DNA of 35,366 nucleotides, taken from contig JBLNCY010000032.1 in assembly GCA_050261115.1 (NCBI GenBank), forward strand, positions 1 to 35,366, written 5' to 3'. The translations under genes and the position numbers were made by a program. The notes below the pieces were generated by a model that saw only the letters and a list, made by a program, of their open reading frames with translations, was not told where the DNA came from and did not search any database. This DNA comes from Methanocella sp. GTDB taxonomy: Archaea; Thermoproteota; Bathyarchaeia; Bathyarchaeales; Bathycorpusculaceae. Below, piece after piece: positions 8,853-18,191 of the stretch. The first letter of the stretch is position 1; each line of letters opens with the position of its first letter.

Positions 8853-9257
8853 TTAGAGGGGTTTGAAGCAGTATCGGAACCAAACTGGCCACTGCTCAGG
8901 TTGACTGCAAGTACCAAAATCAACCTGAAGATCCATGCCGATCCTTATCTGATCATGCGGAATGCCCTGGATCATGCCAGGGATTTTTAGGCCTCCAGCT
9001 AACTGGACTATACCGACTGCGTAGGGGGCCATGGATTGGAATTGCTGTGGAGCGACGTTTATGATGGTGTAGGTTAATAGTTTGGCTTTGCTTGATATGT
9101 TTACCCAGCTGAACGCTGTTGAGCCACAGTTGTCACAGTATGGGCGTGGGGGCAGATGCACTTTTTTGCATTTCTGGCAGATCCCAGCCATCAGTTTGCC
9201 TTCTTGGAGGAACTTGTAAAATTGCTCGATAGTGAAGGGTTGTACGGGTTGAGTCAT
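8853..9257 (-). CDS. DUF35 Zn-ribbon/OB-fold protein (thiolase partner)
   Basis: CQKC...PPRPYCDNC Zn ribbon, then YTII...PYAVGIVQL...IGM OB-fold. Its start overlaps the thiolase stop by 1 nt. Confidence 0.92.
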   Translation of the reverse strand: MTQPVQPFTIEQFYKFLQEGKLMAGICQKCKKVHLPPRPYCDNCGSTAFSWVNISSKAKLLTYTIINVAPQQFQSMAPYAVGIVQLAGGLKIPGMIQGIPHDQIRIGMDLQVDFGTCSQPEQWPVWFRYCFKPL

Positions 9258-10438
9258 TATTGGTCTCTCCTGTAAATGTGCACAGATGCCGTGGCGCCTG
9301 AACCACCGATGTTGTGAGTTAAACCGATTTGGCAGTCTTTTACTTGGCGCTTCTCGGCTTGGCCAGTCAGTTGCAGGTACATTTCATACGCCTGTGCGGT
9401 TCCTGTGGCCCCGACGGGGTGCCCTTTAGATTTCAATCCACCACTAGTGTTAACAGGGATCCGGCCACCCAGCGAAGTTGCGGCGCTGTCTACTAGTTGA
9501 CCGCCTTCACCCACTGCGCAGAAGCCGAGGTCTTCGTATGCGATGAGTTCTGCAATTGTGAAGCAATCATGTACTTCGGCGAGGTCAACTTTGTCTGGGG
9601 TGATACTTGCCATTTCGTAGGCGGCTTTAGCTGCGAGTTTGGTGGATTTGAGTGAGGTTAGGCTGTCTCGTTCATAGAGGCCAATGGCGTCGGTTGCTTG
9701 GCCGCTGCCGATTATGTGGACAGGTTGGTCTGTGTATTTACTTGCGAGTTCAGGTTTAGTCAGGATTATGCAGCTTGCGCCGTCAGAGATGAGGCTACAG
9801 TCATAGAGTTTGAGTGGCCAGGCAACATATTTTGAGGTCATCACTGTTTCGAGTGGGACTTCTCTTTGCATGTGTGCTTTGGGGTTGAGGGTGCCGTGGT
9901 GATGGTTTTTAGAAGCTATTTTGCCGAGGTGCTCCTCAGTTGTGCCGTATTGATGCATATGGGCGGTTGCCATCATAGCAAATAAACCGGGGAATGTAAT
10001 ACCGTGAAACTGTTCAAAGGGGTAGTCTGCTGCCATGGCTAGGTATTCTGTGACTTCGGCGGTGGTGCGATGGGTCATCTTTTCAACTCCGCCGACTAAG
10101 ACTACGTCAGCTAAGCCGGAGAGCACTGCGTAGATGCCTGTTCGGAGTGCTGCGCCTGAGGAGCCGCAGGCTGCTTCGACGCGGGTGGCTGCGACGCCCC
10201 GGAGTCCAATCCAGTCAGCTATGGTTGCGCCCATGTGGCCTTGATGCTCATATGATTCGCCCATGTGACCGATGAACATGGCTTTAATGTCCCTTTTGGG
10301 GTCTAGTTTGGGGCAGCGGCTGAAGGCTTCTGAGGCTGCTTGCCCGAAGATTTCTCTTCCAAGGAGACCTTCCTGTTTGCCGAATTTTGACATGCCAGCG
10401 CCAATTATGCTGACTAGTGGTTTCCCATTCAATCCCAT
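9257..10438 (-). CDS. Archaeal/SCP2-type thiolase (acetyl-CoA acetyltransferase)
   Basis: EAACGSS catalytic Cys, GVEKM, HDCF, GHPVGATG, HNIGG. Confidence 0.95.
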   Translation of the reverse strand: MGLNGKPLVSIIGAGMSKFGKQEGLLGREIFGQAASEAFSRCPKLDPKRDIKAMFIGHMGESYEHQGHMGATIADWIGLRGVAATRVEAACGSSGAALRTGIYAVLSGLADVVLVGGVEKMTHRTTAEVTEYLAMAADYPFEQFHGITFPGLFAMMATAHMHQYGTTEEHLGKIASKNHHHGTLNPKAHMQREVPLETVMTSKYVAWPLKLYDCSLISDGASCIILTKPELASKYTDQPVHIIGSGQATDAIGLYERDSLTSLKSTKLAAKAAYEMASITPDKVDLAEVHDCFTIAELIAYEDLGFCAVGEGGQLVDSAATSLGGRIPVNTSGGLKSKGHPVGATGTAQAYEMYLQLTGQAEKRQVKDCQIGLTHNIGGSGATASVHIYRRDQ

Positions 10439-10512
10439 TGTTCCCTCTGTAAGCTATACATTGATGGCAGTCCAGAATAAAAACCATACAATCAAAAGGG
10501 ACACTTGACCGC

Positions 10513-11010
10513 TTATTGGGATGAGGCTGGTTTTTCGCAGAGTAACAGCACGTTATAGGTGCGTTTGAGGTCTTCTGCGAAAGTTCGCGCTTTTGACAGG
10601 TCTTCTTCGTTGGGCCGGCCTTTTTGCTGGCAGCCGAAGAGTTTGGCAGCTATGGTAGTATCGTAGCCGGGGCAGTTAAATTCATCCAGTATCTGGTAGC
10701 CTTTGGCCTGCAGCTTCTTGCGTAGACTGCTGTGGAGCTTTTCGCCCTGACCCTCCACGCCGCTTGTGGAGAAGATAAATGCGGGTTTGTTGTTGACTTG
10801 TGGGAGTGCGTCGGCTAGTTTTCGGAGGGTTTTGTGGTGTTTGCTGAAGTATATGCCTGAGCCGAAGCCAATCAAGTCGTAGGCGACGACATCTGCAGGG
10901 GTTACTTCTTGAGGGGATTTGACTTCTGCGCCAAGTACGCTGGCGATTACTGAAGCGACCTTTTGGGTGTTATTGTGATGATAGGAGTAACATAGGATAA
11001 GAGCTTTCAA
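10513..11010 (-). CDS. Flavodoxin family protein
   Basis: YSYHHNNTQKVA FMN loop, GFGSGIY, FSTSG, GRPNEEDL. Likely TTG start at 11010 (MKALIL). Confidence 0.88.
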   Translation of the reverse strand: MKALILCYSYHHNNTQKVASVIASVLGAEVKSPQEVTPADVVAYDLIGFGSGIYFSKHHKTLRKLADALPQVNNKPAFIFSTSGVEGQGEKLHSSLRKKLQAKGYQILDEFNCPGYDTTIAAKLFGCQQKGRPNEEDLSKARTFAEDLKRTYNVLLLCEKPASSQ

Positions 11011-11218
11011 GAACCACACACTCTCTGCGTTTGTTACACTTAATCCTCCTTAAATAAGTAGCTGGGTACATGCTCTCTAGGGTGTGTTGGAGTCTATTGC
11101 GCTCACAGAGTCAACCCTCTCTATATACAGAACCAATCATAGGTTGAGCCCATATTTGAAAATAAACCAGCAGACCCACTTGAAAAAGGGAAGCTCCCCC
11201 AGTTGCTTTTGCGAAAGA

Positions 11219-12199
11219 TTAATTGGTTAACAAACCGGCAAGGTAGACTCGGACAGCCACAATGGGCAAAACAACTACCAACCCAAACAGTATAGCAGTA
11301 AGAGTCATTATCCGTAGCGCCTTCCCAATATCATCAGACGAAATGTGCCCACGGTCATCTCCCAAAGCGTAGCAACCTACCTTTTCGAGCTGGATTTCGA
11401 GAGCGCCCGCCATCGCCGATATGGTGAACCCCGCGTTGGGGCTGGAGGTTTTATGTTTATCCCGCTGCAAGATACGCCAGCTTTCCCGCCAGTTTGCACC
11501 TAAAAGCATCGCGGAAGCAACCATCAAATAAGCGGTGATTCTTGCGGGCAGCCAGTTGGTTAATGTGTCCATCTTTGCGGAGAACCAGCCGATGTTTCGG
11601 TATTCCTCGGTTTTGTATCCCACCATGGAATCAAGCGTATTAATAACTCGATAAGCAAAGGCACCGGGGACGCCAAAGATTGCGAAGTAGAAGAAGGGTG
11701 CTGTGATGCCGTCGGTTGTGCTTTCCGCGATGGATTCAACAGCGGCGGACACGATTTGGCGCTCGTTTAGGGTGTTGGGGTCACGGCGGACAATGTAGGG
11801 TAGCCATTTGCGTGCGCCCGCTAGGTCGTTTCTTTTTAGTGCTGCTGCGATTGGTTTAGTGTATTGGCCCATGCCGCTTATAGCGAAAGTGGCCTTGAAC
11901 AGGATAGCGCCTGCAATTATGTAGGGTATGGAGCCGAAAGAGAACCGGAGCCAAAATAGAAAGGCACCTACCGGCAAAGCTACGATTAGCATTATAAGGA
12001 GAGCCATAAAGACGCCGTTGGCTTTCTCGACACCTGCATTGGGGTGTTTGGCCTTCTTTTTCAAGTAGGTTATCAGTTTGCCTATGCCGATGGTTGGGTG
12101 AATCCTATCAGGATATTCGCCGAGAAGGAGGTCAATGAGAACGGCTATCGTAAATATAAAAACCGAATCTATGAACCACGACACGTCAAAGAGGAACAT
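11219..12199 (-). CDS. cbiB: Adenosylcobinamide-phosphate synthase (CbiB/CobD family)
   Basis: LLGE-x4-HP, AVESIAE-x2-DG, YRVINTLDSMVGY, PARIT, SPNAG. Confidence 0.95.
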   Translation of the reverse strand: MFLFDVSWFIDSVFIFTIAVLIDLLLGEYPDRIHPTIGIGKLITYLKKKAKHPNAGVEKANGVFMALLIMLIVALPVGAFLFWLRFSFGSIPYIIAGAILFKATFAISGMGQYTKPIAAALKRNDLAGARKWLPYIVRRDPNTLNERQIVSAAVESIAESTTDGITAPFFYFAIFGVPGAFAYRVINTLDSMVGYKTEEYRNIGWFSAKMDTLTNWLPARITAYLMVASAMLLGANWRESWRILQRDKHKTSSPNAGFTISAMAGALEIQLEKVGCYALGDDRGHISSDDIGKALRIMTLTAILFGLVVVLPIVAVRVYLAGLLTN

Positions 12200-12206
12200 A
12201 CTCTAA

Positions 12207-13340
12207 CTAAACCGCGTTTAGCGCCTTCTTAAATGCATCTATCAACCGAACGTTTTCTTCATGGGTCTTGACAGCAACGCGAATATAGAACTCGTTTAAC
12301 CCCACGAAACTGCTGCAGTCACGAATAAGAATACCCTGCTTGAGCATACGGTGCTTAAGTGCATTAGCGGTAAGAGCAGTGTCACGAATGTCAATAAAGA
12401 AAAAGTTGGCATCTGGCTCAGTGAATCTAAAGCCGGGAAGCTTGCAGAGTTCGTTTTGCAGGTACGCTTTTTCTTTCTTGATTAAATCAAGGGTTAGTTT
12501 AAGATGCTCTTTATCGTTGAGTGCGGCGATGGCTGCTGACTGCGCTAGGCAGTTAACGTTCCAAGGGATCTTTGCGCAGAGCATAGTGTTAATGATATCC
12601 TTGTGGGCTATGCCGTAACCGCAACGTAACCCCGTTAAACCGTAAAGTTTCGTGAATGACCGTAACACAAACAAATTCGGATAACAATCCAATTTGCCTA
12701 TCATGGTTTGATCTTTCTCGTCGTCAATAAACTCCAAAAAGTCCTCGTCTAGGAAAACAAGTATATCCTGAGCCGCTGCGGCATCCAGTATTTCACTCAG
12801 GTTCTCTTGTGGGATAAGCTTGCTTGTAGGGTTGTTTGGGTTGCACAAGAAAATCATCTTGCATCCTGCCATTTCGCGGCGAAAAGCTTCTGCTTCAATT
12901 TGGAAACTGCCGCTTAAACGAACAAACTTTACTGACTCACCGGTCTTGCGTACGGCACTCTCGTATTCGCCGAAAGTTGGTGCTGGCATCAAGGCTTTCT
13001 CGCCTCGTCGGAGAAAAACTTCGGCAAAAAGATACATAAGTTCGGTAGAGCCGTTGCCCACGATTATGTTATCGGGGCTGATGCCTCCGAAGTGGGCGGC
13101 TATTGCCTGCCGTAATGCGTTAGAGTTAGAGTCTGGATAAGCCTCGATTTGGCCAAAAGCACCCGTTATCGCCTCAAGCGCCTTCTTTGATGGTCCAAGA
13201 GGGTTAACGCTGGAGCTGAAATCCAATATATCCTCGGTTTTAAATCCGCTTTCTTTAGCGGCACTATAAACTTCTGCGCCGTGTATACAGGGCTTTAGGT
13301 TGCGTATGTTGTCTCTTACCAGGTTTTCGATGGGTTTCAT
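12207..13340 (-). CDS. cobD: L-threonine-O-3-phosphate decarboxylase (PLP class I/II, HisC-like)
   Basis: HG...DFSSSVNPLG, GNGSTE, CNPNNPT, DEDF, SFTKLYGLTGLR with PLP Lys, IRDC. Directly upstream of cbiB. Confidence 0.85.
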   Translation of the reverse strand: MKPIENLVRDNIRNLKPCIHGAEVYSAAKESGFKTEDILDFSSSVNPLGPSKKALEAITGAFGQIEAYPDSNSNALRQAIAAHFGGISPDNIIVGNGSTELMYLFAEVFLRRGEKALMPAPTFGEYESAVRKTGESVKFVRLSGSFQIEAEAFRREMAGCKMIFLCNPNNPTSKLIPQENLSEILDAAAAQDILVFLDEDFLEFIDDEKDQTMIGKLDCYPNLFVLRSFTKLYGLTGLRCGYGIAHKDIINTMLCAKIPWNVNCLAQSAAIAALNDKEHLKLTLDLIKKEKAYLQNELCKLPGFRFTEPDANFFFIDIRDTALTANALKHRMLKQGILIRDCSSFVGLNEFYIRVAVKTHEENVRLIDAFKKALNAV

Positions 13341-13493
13341 GTAGTCTATGTCCTATGCCGCTAAATTCTAGGGTTTGTTGTTAACGTAAATTGTAATAAA
13401 TGTTTGGTCATTAGAGCTACCCTGAAACCTTTCAAGGGCAAAGGCTTTAGAGCACCAGCGAGAACCGTTTAGTAGGCATTTTACAGAGGATAG

Positions 13494-13694
13494 ATGGGTA
13501 TGAGTAAAAGACTTGTGGATGAACAACACGCCAAAGAAGCACTCAAAGAATTAATCAACAACCGAGACCCCGATACGCCGGCAGAGAAGGTTCTGCCAAT
13601 CTTCTGTCACAGATATGGCTTAACAATGGAGGCGTGCCGAGCTATCTATAACGAGTTAATAGCAGAGGGCGAAATAAAGGAAAAACCACTTTAG
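13494..13694 (+). CDS. Small hypothetical protein, possible winged-helix
   Basis: 66-aa helical ORF ending YNELIAEGEIKE, with a GAGGA RBS-like site upstream, at the head of the dph5 cluster. Confidence 0.65.
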   Translation: MGMSKRLVDEQHAKEALKELINNRDPDTPAEKVLPIFCHRYGLTMEACRAIYNELIAEGEIKEKPL

Positions 13695-13728
13695 CAACAG
13701 CTACTACTAAATGCGCAAGGGCATATCA

Positions 13729-14523
13729 ATGGAGCTTGTATTCATAGGATTAGGCTTAAACGACGACCTTGGCATAACCATAAAAGGCTTAGAGGAGACC
13801 AAAAACGCCGACGCAGTATTCATGGAAACATACACAAGCCGAATGCCAGACTTTAACATGCAACGCTTCGAAGAGAGATGCGGCAAAAAAGTCCAATTAA
13901 TCAGCCGCCAAGACCTCGAAGAAGAAAACGGCAAAGTAATTCTCCAAGCCGCCAAAACCGGAAAAGCGGTCTTTCTGGTGCCAGGCGATCCCTTCATAGC
14001 CACAACTCACGTTACCTTGCGTATTGATGCCGAGAAACAGGGGATCCGAACACGTGTGGTTCATGGCATATCCATCATGTCAGCGATAATTAGCTTCTCG
14101 GGATTGCATAATTACAAGTTCGGCAAAACAGTAACCGTCCCCTTCGCCGACAACTTTTCCGAAACACCCTATAACGTTATCGCACAAAACAAACAGCTTG
14201 GGCTACACACGCTTTGCCTGCTTGATTTAAGATCAACCGAAAACAGGTACCTCACAATCAACGAAGCACTCAAGCAGCTCCTAGAGGTTGAAGCTAAAAA
14301 GCAACTGGGCATCCTTACAACCCAGACCCCTGCGCTTGGTCTTGCTCGAGCCGGCAGCGACAGCCCAGCCTTGAAGGCTGACTTTATCGAACAATTATTG
14401 GACTACGATTTTGGTAAGCCACCGTTTAGCCTCATTATACCCGGAGACATGCACTTCATGGAAGTCGATGCCTTAATCGCGTTCGCAGGCGCCCCTAAAG
14501 ACTTCAAGAGGCTATCAAAATGA
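13729..14523 (+). CDS. dph5: Diphthine synthase
   Basis: LVFIGLGL, ETYTS, GDPFIATTH, GLHNYKFGKTVT, GLHTLCLLD, DFGKPP. Start at MELVF (13729). Confidence 0.97.
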   Translation: MELVFIGLGLNDDLGITIKGLEETKNADAVFMETYTSRMPDFNMQRFEERCGKKVQLISRQDLEEENGKVILQAAKTGKAVFLVPGDPFIATTHVTLRIDAEKQGIRTRVVHGISIMSAIISFSGLHNYKFGKTVTVPFADNFSETPYNVIAQNKQLGLHTLCLLDLRSTENRYLTINEALKQLLEVEAKKQLGILTTQTPALGLARAGSDSPALKADFIEQLLDYDFGKPPFSLIIPGDMHFMEVDALIAFAGAPKDFKRLSK

Positions 14524-14801
14524 GCTTAGAATACCTCATTGACAAATACATAGCTTCAGCAGAACACGTATTCGCAACCCTCACACGCAAACCAGCACCA
14601 ATCCAGGCAGATGAGGCAACCATCAATGAGGTATTGAGGTGGGCTACAGATTACCTTAAAGATGCAAAGTATTATAAGTCTCAGGGTAAGCTTGAAACCA
14701 GCTTAACCTCTATAGCTTACTGCGAAGGGCTACTTGACGGGTTAAGACTCATGGGGGCAGTGGACTTCACATGGCCAACCAAACAACAAGAGAACAAATA
14801 G
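14520..14801 (+). CDS. DUF357 protein
   Basis: YLKDAKYY...IAYCEGLLDGLR matches the DUF357 pattern. ATGA overlap with dph5. Confidence 0.85.
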   Translation: MSLEYLIDKYIASAEHVFATLTRKPAPIQADEATINEVLRWATDYLKDAKYYKSQGKLETSLTSIAYCEGLLDGLRLMGAVDFTWPTKQQENK

Positions 14802-15232
14802 TGCTCGCCTCAGGCGTCTTTGACCTACTTCACCTTGGGCACGTTCGGTTCCTTGAAGACGCAAAAAAAGCTGGCGGCGAAAACGCCAAACTGATTGTGA
14901 TAATCGCTAGGGACAGCACGGTTGAGAAGCTTAAAGGCAGAAAACCCATCATGTCAGAAGAGGAACGCCTAGCGCTTGTGAAGTCGCTTAAGGTGGTCGA
15001 TGAGGCAATACTTGGATACGAAGGCCTAGACATAGGTGAAGTTGTCAAAAAAATCAAGCCTGATATAATCGCGCTGGGCTGGGACCAAAAAGAGATGGAG
15101 CAAGAAGTTACCGAGTTCCTATCAAACCATAAAATGCCCACAAAGATTGTTCAGATCAGCAAGTTCGGGGAGAATACTTTAGATAGTTCCAGCAAGATTA
15201 AACAAAAAATAATCGAAAAACTCACCAAATAA
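14771..15232 (+). CDS. ribL: Archaeal FAD synthase (cytidylyltransferase fold)
   Basis: GVFDLLHLGH (HxGH), IARD, ERL, PDIIALGWDQ, SSSKIK. Lies near riboflavin kinase. Confidence 0.85.
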   Translation: MANQTTREQIVLASGVFDLLHLGHVRFLEDAKKAGGENAKLIVIIARDSTVEKLKGRKPIMSEEERLALVKSLKVVDEAILGYEGLDIGEVVKKIKPDIIALGWDQKEMEQEVTEFLSNHKMPTKIVQISKFGENTLDSSSKIKQKIIEKLTK

Positions 15233-15241
15233 CGGGTACCC

Positions 15242-15847
15242 ATGAACTGCGAAAAATACAAACCCACCTACATCCTCATCGCACTAAACCTCGCCATCTT
15301 CATCATAGGCGCCATAATCGGCAACAATGCACTCTCCACCCCCAACAGCATCGTCCTCAAATGGGGCCAAGTAAACTATTTTGTAATCAACGGCGCCTAC
15401 TGGCAACTAATAACCTCCATGTTCATACACGCAGACATAGTCCACCTGTTCGGTAACCTGCTGTTTCTGCTCATCTTTGGCTTAAGAGCAGAAGAAATGT
15501 TCTCACTCCCCGAATACCTTGGCGTTTACTTCCTAGGTGGCCTAGCAGGAAACCTCCTCTACCTCCTCTTTGGGCCCCTTGGCGTCCCAGCGGTAGGGGC
15601 TTCAGGTGCGATATTTGCCATCTTCGCCGCTGCAGTCATGTATGATCGACGCTCAATCAAGCAATCCATAGTGGGCGCAGTCATCTTTGCGTTCTTCCTA
15701 TTCTTCATCAACATAGGCGCTAACACGAATCTGCTGGCACACTTCGGCGGGTTAGCAGCCGGCCTAATCCTAGGCTACCTAATCGCTTCACATAGAAAAC
15801 CCGAACATTACAGCTACGAGTTCAAATACCGAAACACGCCCTTCTAA
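15242..15847 (+). CDS. Rhomboid intramembrane serine protease
   Basis: WQLITSMFIH-x4-HL-x2-N, catalytic GASG, AHFGG. Confidence 0.93.
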   Translation: MNCEKYKPTYILIALNLAIFIIGAIIGNNALSTPNSIVLKWGQVNYFVINGAYWQLITSMFIHADIVHLFGNLLFLLIFGLRAEEMFSLPEYLGVYFLGGLAGNLLYLLFGPLGVPAVGASGAIFAIFAAAVMYDRRSIKQSIVGAVIFAFFLFFINIGANTNLLAHFGGLAAGLILGYLIASHRKPEHYSYEFKYRNTPF

Positions 15848-16539
15848 GACACAGCGCTTGTGTAGATTTCGACCTTGACTTTGTGGCCATCTTTGAGCCC
15901 GAGATGTTTTCGAAGATAGACGGGGGCAATTATCTCAAGTACTGAGGCATCATAGTGGCTTCGGACAGCTGTGACAAGGGCACCCTTGACTTTTCCGCCA
16001 ATTTTTGCGGGATAGCACTTTACGATACCAAACGAGCGGCTTTCATTCTGGAACCCCGAAATCTCGATCGCAGGATAAGATTCGAGGTCCCGTCGAGTCT
16101 TGATATCATAATCAGAGGTTAGCTTGACGTTTAGGGTGCCCGGGTAGGGTTCAAAGCCCAGTTTCTCTTTGATCTGATTATGGTAGGAATCTTTGGAGAC
16201 ATAGTAGGCGCCTTCGCCCAAGCCAGTGAAGACCGTACCCTCCAACGTGACGGATGGGGGGTAGGCTTTTTCTATAACGACTTTGAGGTTAGAGTAGAGC
16301 TTGTGGAGTTCTTGGGCGCCGGCTGCTTGGATGGATATTAGGCTGCCGTCAGGGGTGACTTTGCGTTGAATCCAGCCTTTACGCTCCAACTCGATTAGGT
16401 GGCGTGAGGCGGTCTGCTGGGATATGCCAAGCTTTTTGGCTAGGTACTCGGTTGAGATTTTAGCGGTACGATTGTAAGCTCCCATGTCGGCGAGTTTTAG
16501 GAGCATATAGAGGTACTGCCAATCCCGTTTCTCAGTCAC
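15844..16539 (-). CDS. ribK: CTP-dependent riboflavin kinase with N-terminal wHTH (RibK/RbkR)
   Basis: LGISQQTASRHL wHTH, then GLGEGAYY, PYPGTLN, LEIIAPVYLR. Confidence 0.93.
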   Translation of the reverse strand: MTEKRDWQYLYMLLKLADMGAYNRTAKISTEYLAKKLGISQQTASRHLIELERKGWIQRKVTPDGSLISIQAAGAQELHKLYSNLKVVIEKAYPPSVTLEGTVFTGLGEGAYYVSKDSYHNQIKEKLGFEPYPGTLNVKLTSDYDIKTRRDLESYPAIEISGFQNESRSFGIVKCYPAKIGGKVKGALVTAVRSHYDASVLEIIAPVYLRKHLGLKDGHKVKVEIYTSAVS

Positions 16540-16619
16540 ACACGGCGTCTCCGTATGCTAATTGAATGCCCCACATACTATTAAGCGACTCGAAGAAAAC
16601 TCAGCCGATAGTTAGGCGT

Positions 16620-16811
16620 TTACGTGCTGCAGCTACAGCGGTCAGTGCCGAGCCACTTCTTATGCCACTTAAAATTCTCACAGCCCTCTTTTGACTCGCA
16701 GCTCATGCAGGGGTCTTCGCTGCTGGCGCTGTTAAACATATCAATCAGTTCCTGCTCGTATTTCGGGTCAAGACCCAACTTTTTTACCCGCTGCTCAAAT
16801 TCACCTGACAC
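16620..16811 (-). CDS. Small Cys-rich hypothetical protein
   Basis: CxxC-x5-C and terminal CSC. GGTGA RBS 5 nt before GTG 16811, and a TATA-like TTTAAATA ~45 nt upstream. Confidence 0.6.
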   Translation of the reverse strand: MSGEFEQRVKKLGLDPKYEQELIDMFNSASSEDPCMSCESKEGCENFKWHKKWLGTDRCSCST

Positions 16812-17119
16812 ATAAATCACCCATTGATAGGTTTACACACAGAGACCTTATTTAAAGCTCACCCGATTGACTTATGTTGCACAATATTATTGAGCCTTAA
16901 CGTTAACCAACGCACAGCATAAAGCAAGATGCTTCTAAGTATGTTGGTGGGCACACACAGAAAACCCTAAAGCAACTAGTTAAAATTCTTTTGAGCCACC
17001 AAATTATACACACCGTTTGCTAAAGATTTGTTAATTACAGTCGAGCGAGCAGTTGAGTTCACTTCGCAAACTCGTAAATTTCAGTTTGCAAAAAGAATTA
17101 AAAGACCATAATTCCTAAC

Positions 17120-17395
17120 TTGCGAAAAAGAATATCGAAAAACCTCACAATCCACTTGGAGGAGTTTAAAGTCCACAACCCAAAAAAATGGTCATTGATT
17201 GTCTTTATTACTGTTTCAATCGTTATTCTTCTGCTGCTTAGCCTAGCCATATACTATCCAATTGAGCCGCCTAAAGCAAAAGTATTCCTCTTATTTATCC
17301 TCAGCATCATCTGGGGAGGCATTACACTCTACCTCTATCTAAGGCAAAAGGCAGCAGAACTCTACCCAACCAAAACACCAACCCAAAAAGAATAA
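17120..17395 (+). CDS. Small two-TM membrane protein
   Basis: Two hydrophobic segments. Start uncertain (GGAG at 17161 suggests a later start). Confidence 0.5.
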   Translation: MRKRISKNLTIHLEEFKVHNPKKWSLIVFITVSIVILLLLSLAIYYPIEPPKAKVFLLFILSIIWGGITLYLYLRQKAAELYPTKTPTQKE

Positions 17396-17413
17396 AGTGA
17401 TTTTGCAATCACT
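17396..17413. terminator. Hairpin between convergent genes
   Basis: AGTGATT-TTGC-AATCACT perfect 7-bp stem immediately after the stop at 17395, with T-rich sequence downstream. Confidence 0.5.
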
Positions 17414-17450
17414 CAATGATCTTTTCAGTTTTGTTTGTTCGAGAAGTGTG

Positions 17451-17825
17451 CTAAAGTGGAGTGAAAATGCCAAAAGCTGCCCCTTGAGGATCCCTTAGGA
17501 CCGCGGCTCGACCAAACCCTGGGACGTCTGTGGGAGAAAGCAGGATCTTACCCCCCAGCGCCTCGGCTTTTTTGGCAGCTGCATTAACGTCTTCCACCGC
17601 AATATAAGCGATCCAATGTGCATCTGGACCCCCCGATGGCCACCCAGAGCCCTCCGCTCTTGGCCCCACCAAGCCAGCTACTAGTTGGTTGCCGTCCTTA
17701 AGTATGGGATAAGGCCCAGGAATTACTGTTAGCCCAGTGATCTTTTGGTAGAACTCCTTGGCCTTCTCGACGTCAGTTGTCATTAGTTCATGAAATACAA
17801 AGCCGCGTCTTGGAAATTGGCTCAA
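17451..17825 (-). CDS. VOC/glyoxalase-bleomycin resistance family protein
   Basis: HELMTTDVEKAKEFY...WIAYIAVEDV...GG...PG.GR.AVLRDPQGA.FG. Confidence 0.92.
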   Translation of the reverse strand: MSQFPRRGFVFHELMTTDVEKAKEFYQKITGLTVIPGPYPILKDGNQLVAGLVGPRAEGSGWPSGGPDAHWIAYIAVEDVNAAAKKAEALGGKILLSPTDVPGFGRAAVLRDPQGAAFGIFTPL

Positions 17826-17938
17826 ACCGTCAGCTCCGTTGCTAAAATGAAAAAATAGGACTAATAAGATTATTGCCTTTTTGAAGTAACAAATACTGTG
17901 TCTCGGCGCTTAAGCGTTAGTATTTTTATGAAATGTAC

Positions 17939-18017
17939 TGGTGGGGCCGCTGGGATTTGAACCCAGGATCGCATGCGCCCCAGGCATGTATCCTAATCCA
18001 TGCTAGACGACGGCCCC
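17939..18017 (-). tRNA. tRNA-Pro(GGG), CCA encoded, no intron
   Basis: Reverse complement reads GGGGCCG...CATGC-CTGGGGC-GCATG...GGTTCAAATCC...CGGCCCC-A-CCA. Confidence 0.97.
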
Positions 18018-18191
18018 TCTGACCGTGTTTTCTGGGGAATTACGACCCATTGGAGGCACGCTCGATATTTAAGGTTTCCCAACAAGCAAACTAAGACTCC
18101 ATAAAAATACCCGATAAAGAAGCAAGCAAACCCAAAGGCAACAGCCCCTATAGCTCTACCTTTTATAATATTGAACGCACCAGTTTATACT

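Noticed and set aside
12207-13340. Assignment as histidinol-phosphate aminotransferase hisC
   Set aside because: The N-terminal HG...DFS-x2-VNPLG and adjacency to cbiB favour CobD, though hisC is not fully excluded.
13341-13493. Cobalamin riboswitch upstream of cobD-cbiB
   Set aside because: The spacer is short and AT-rich with no B12-box-like motif.
16945-16951. TGGTGGG matching the tRNA-Pro 3' end as a possible att site
   Set aside because: Only 7 bp, expected by chance.
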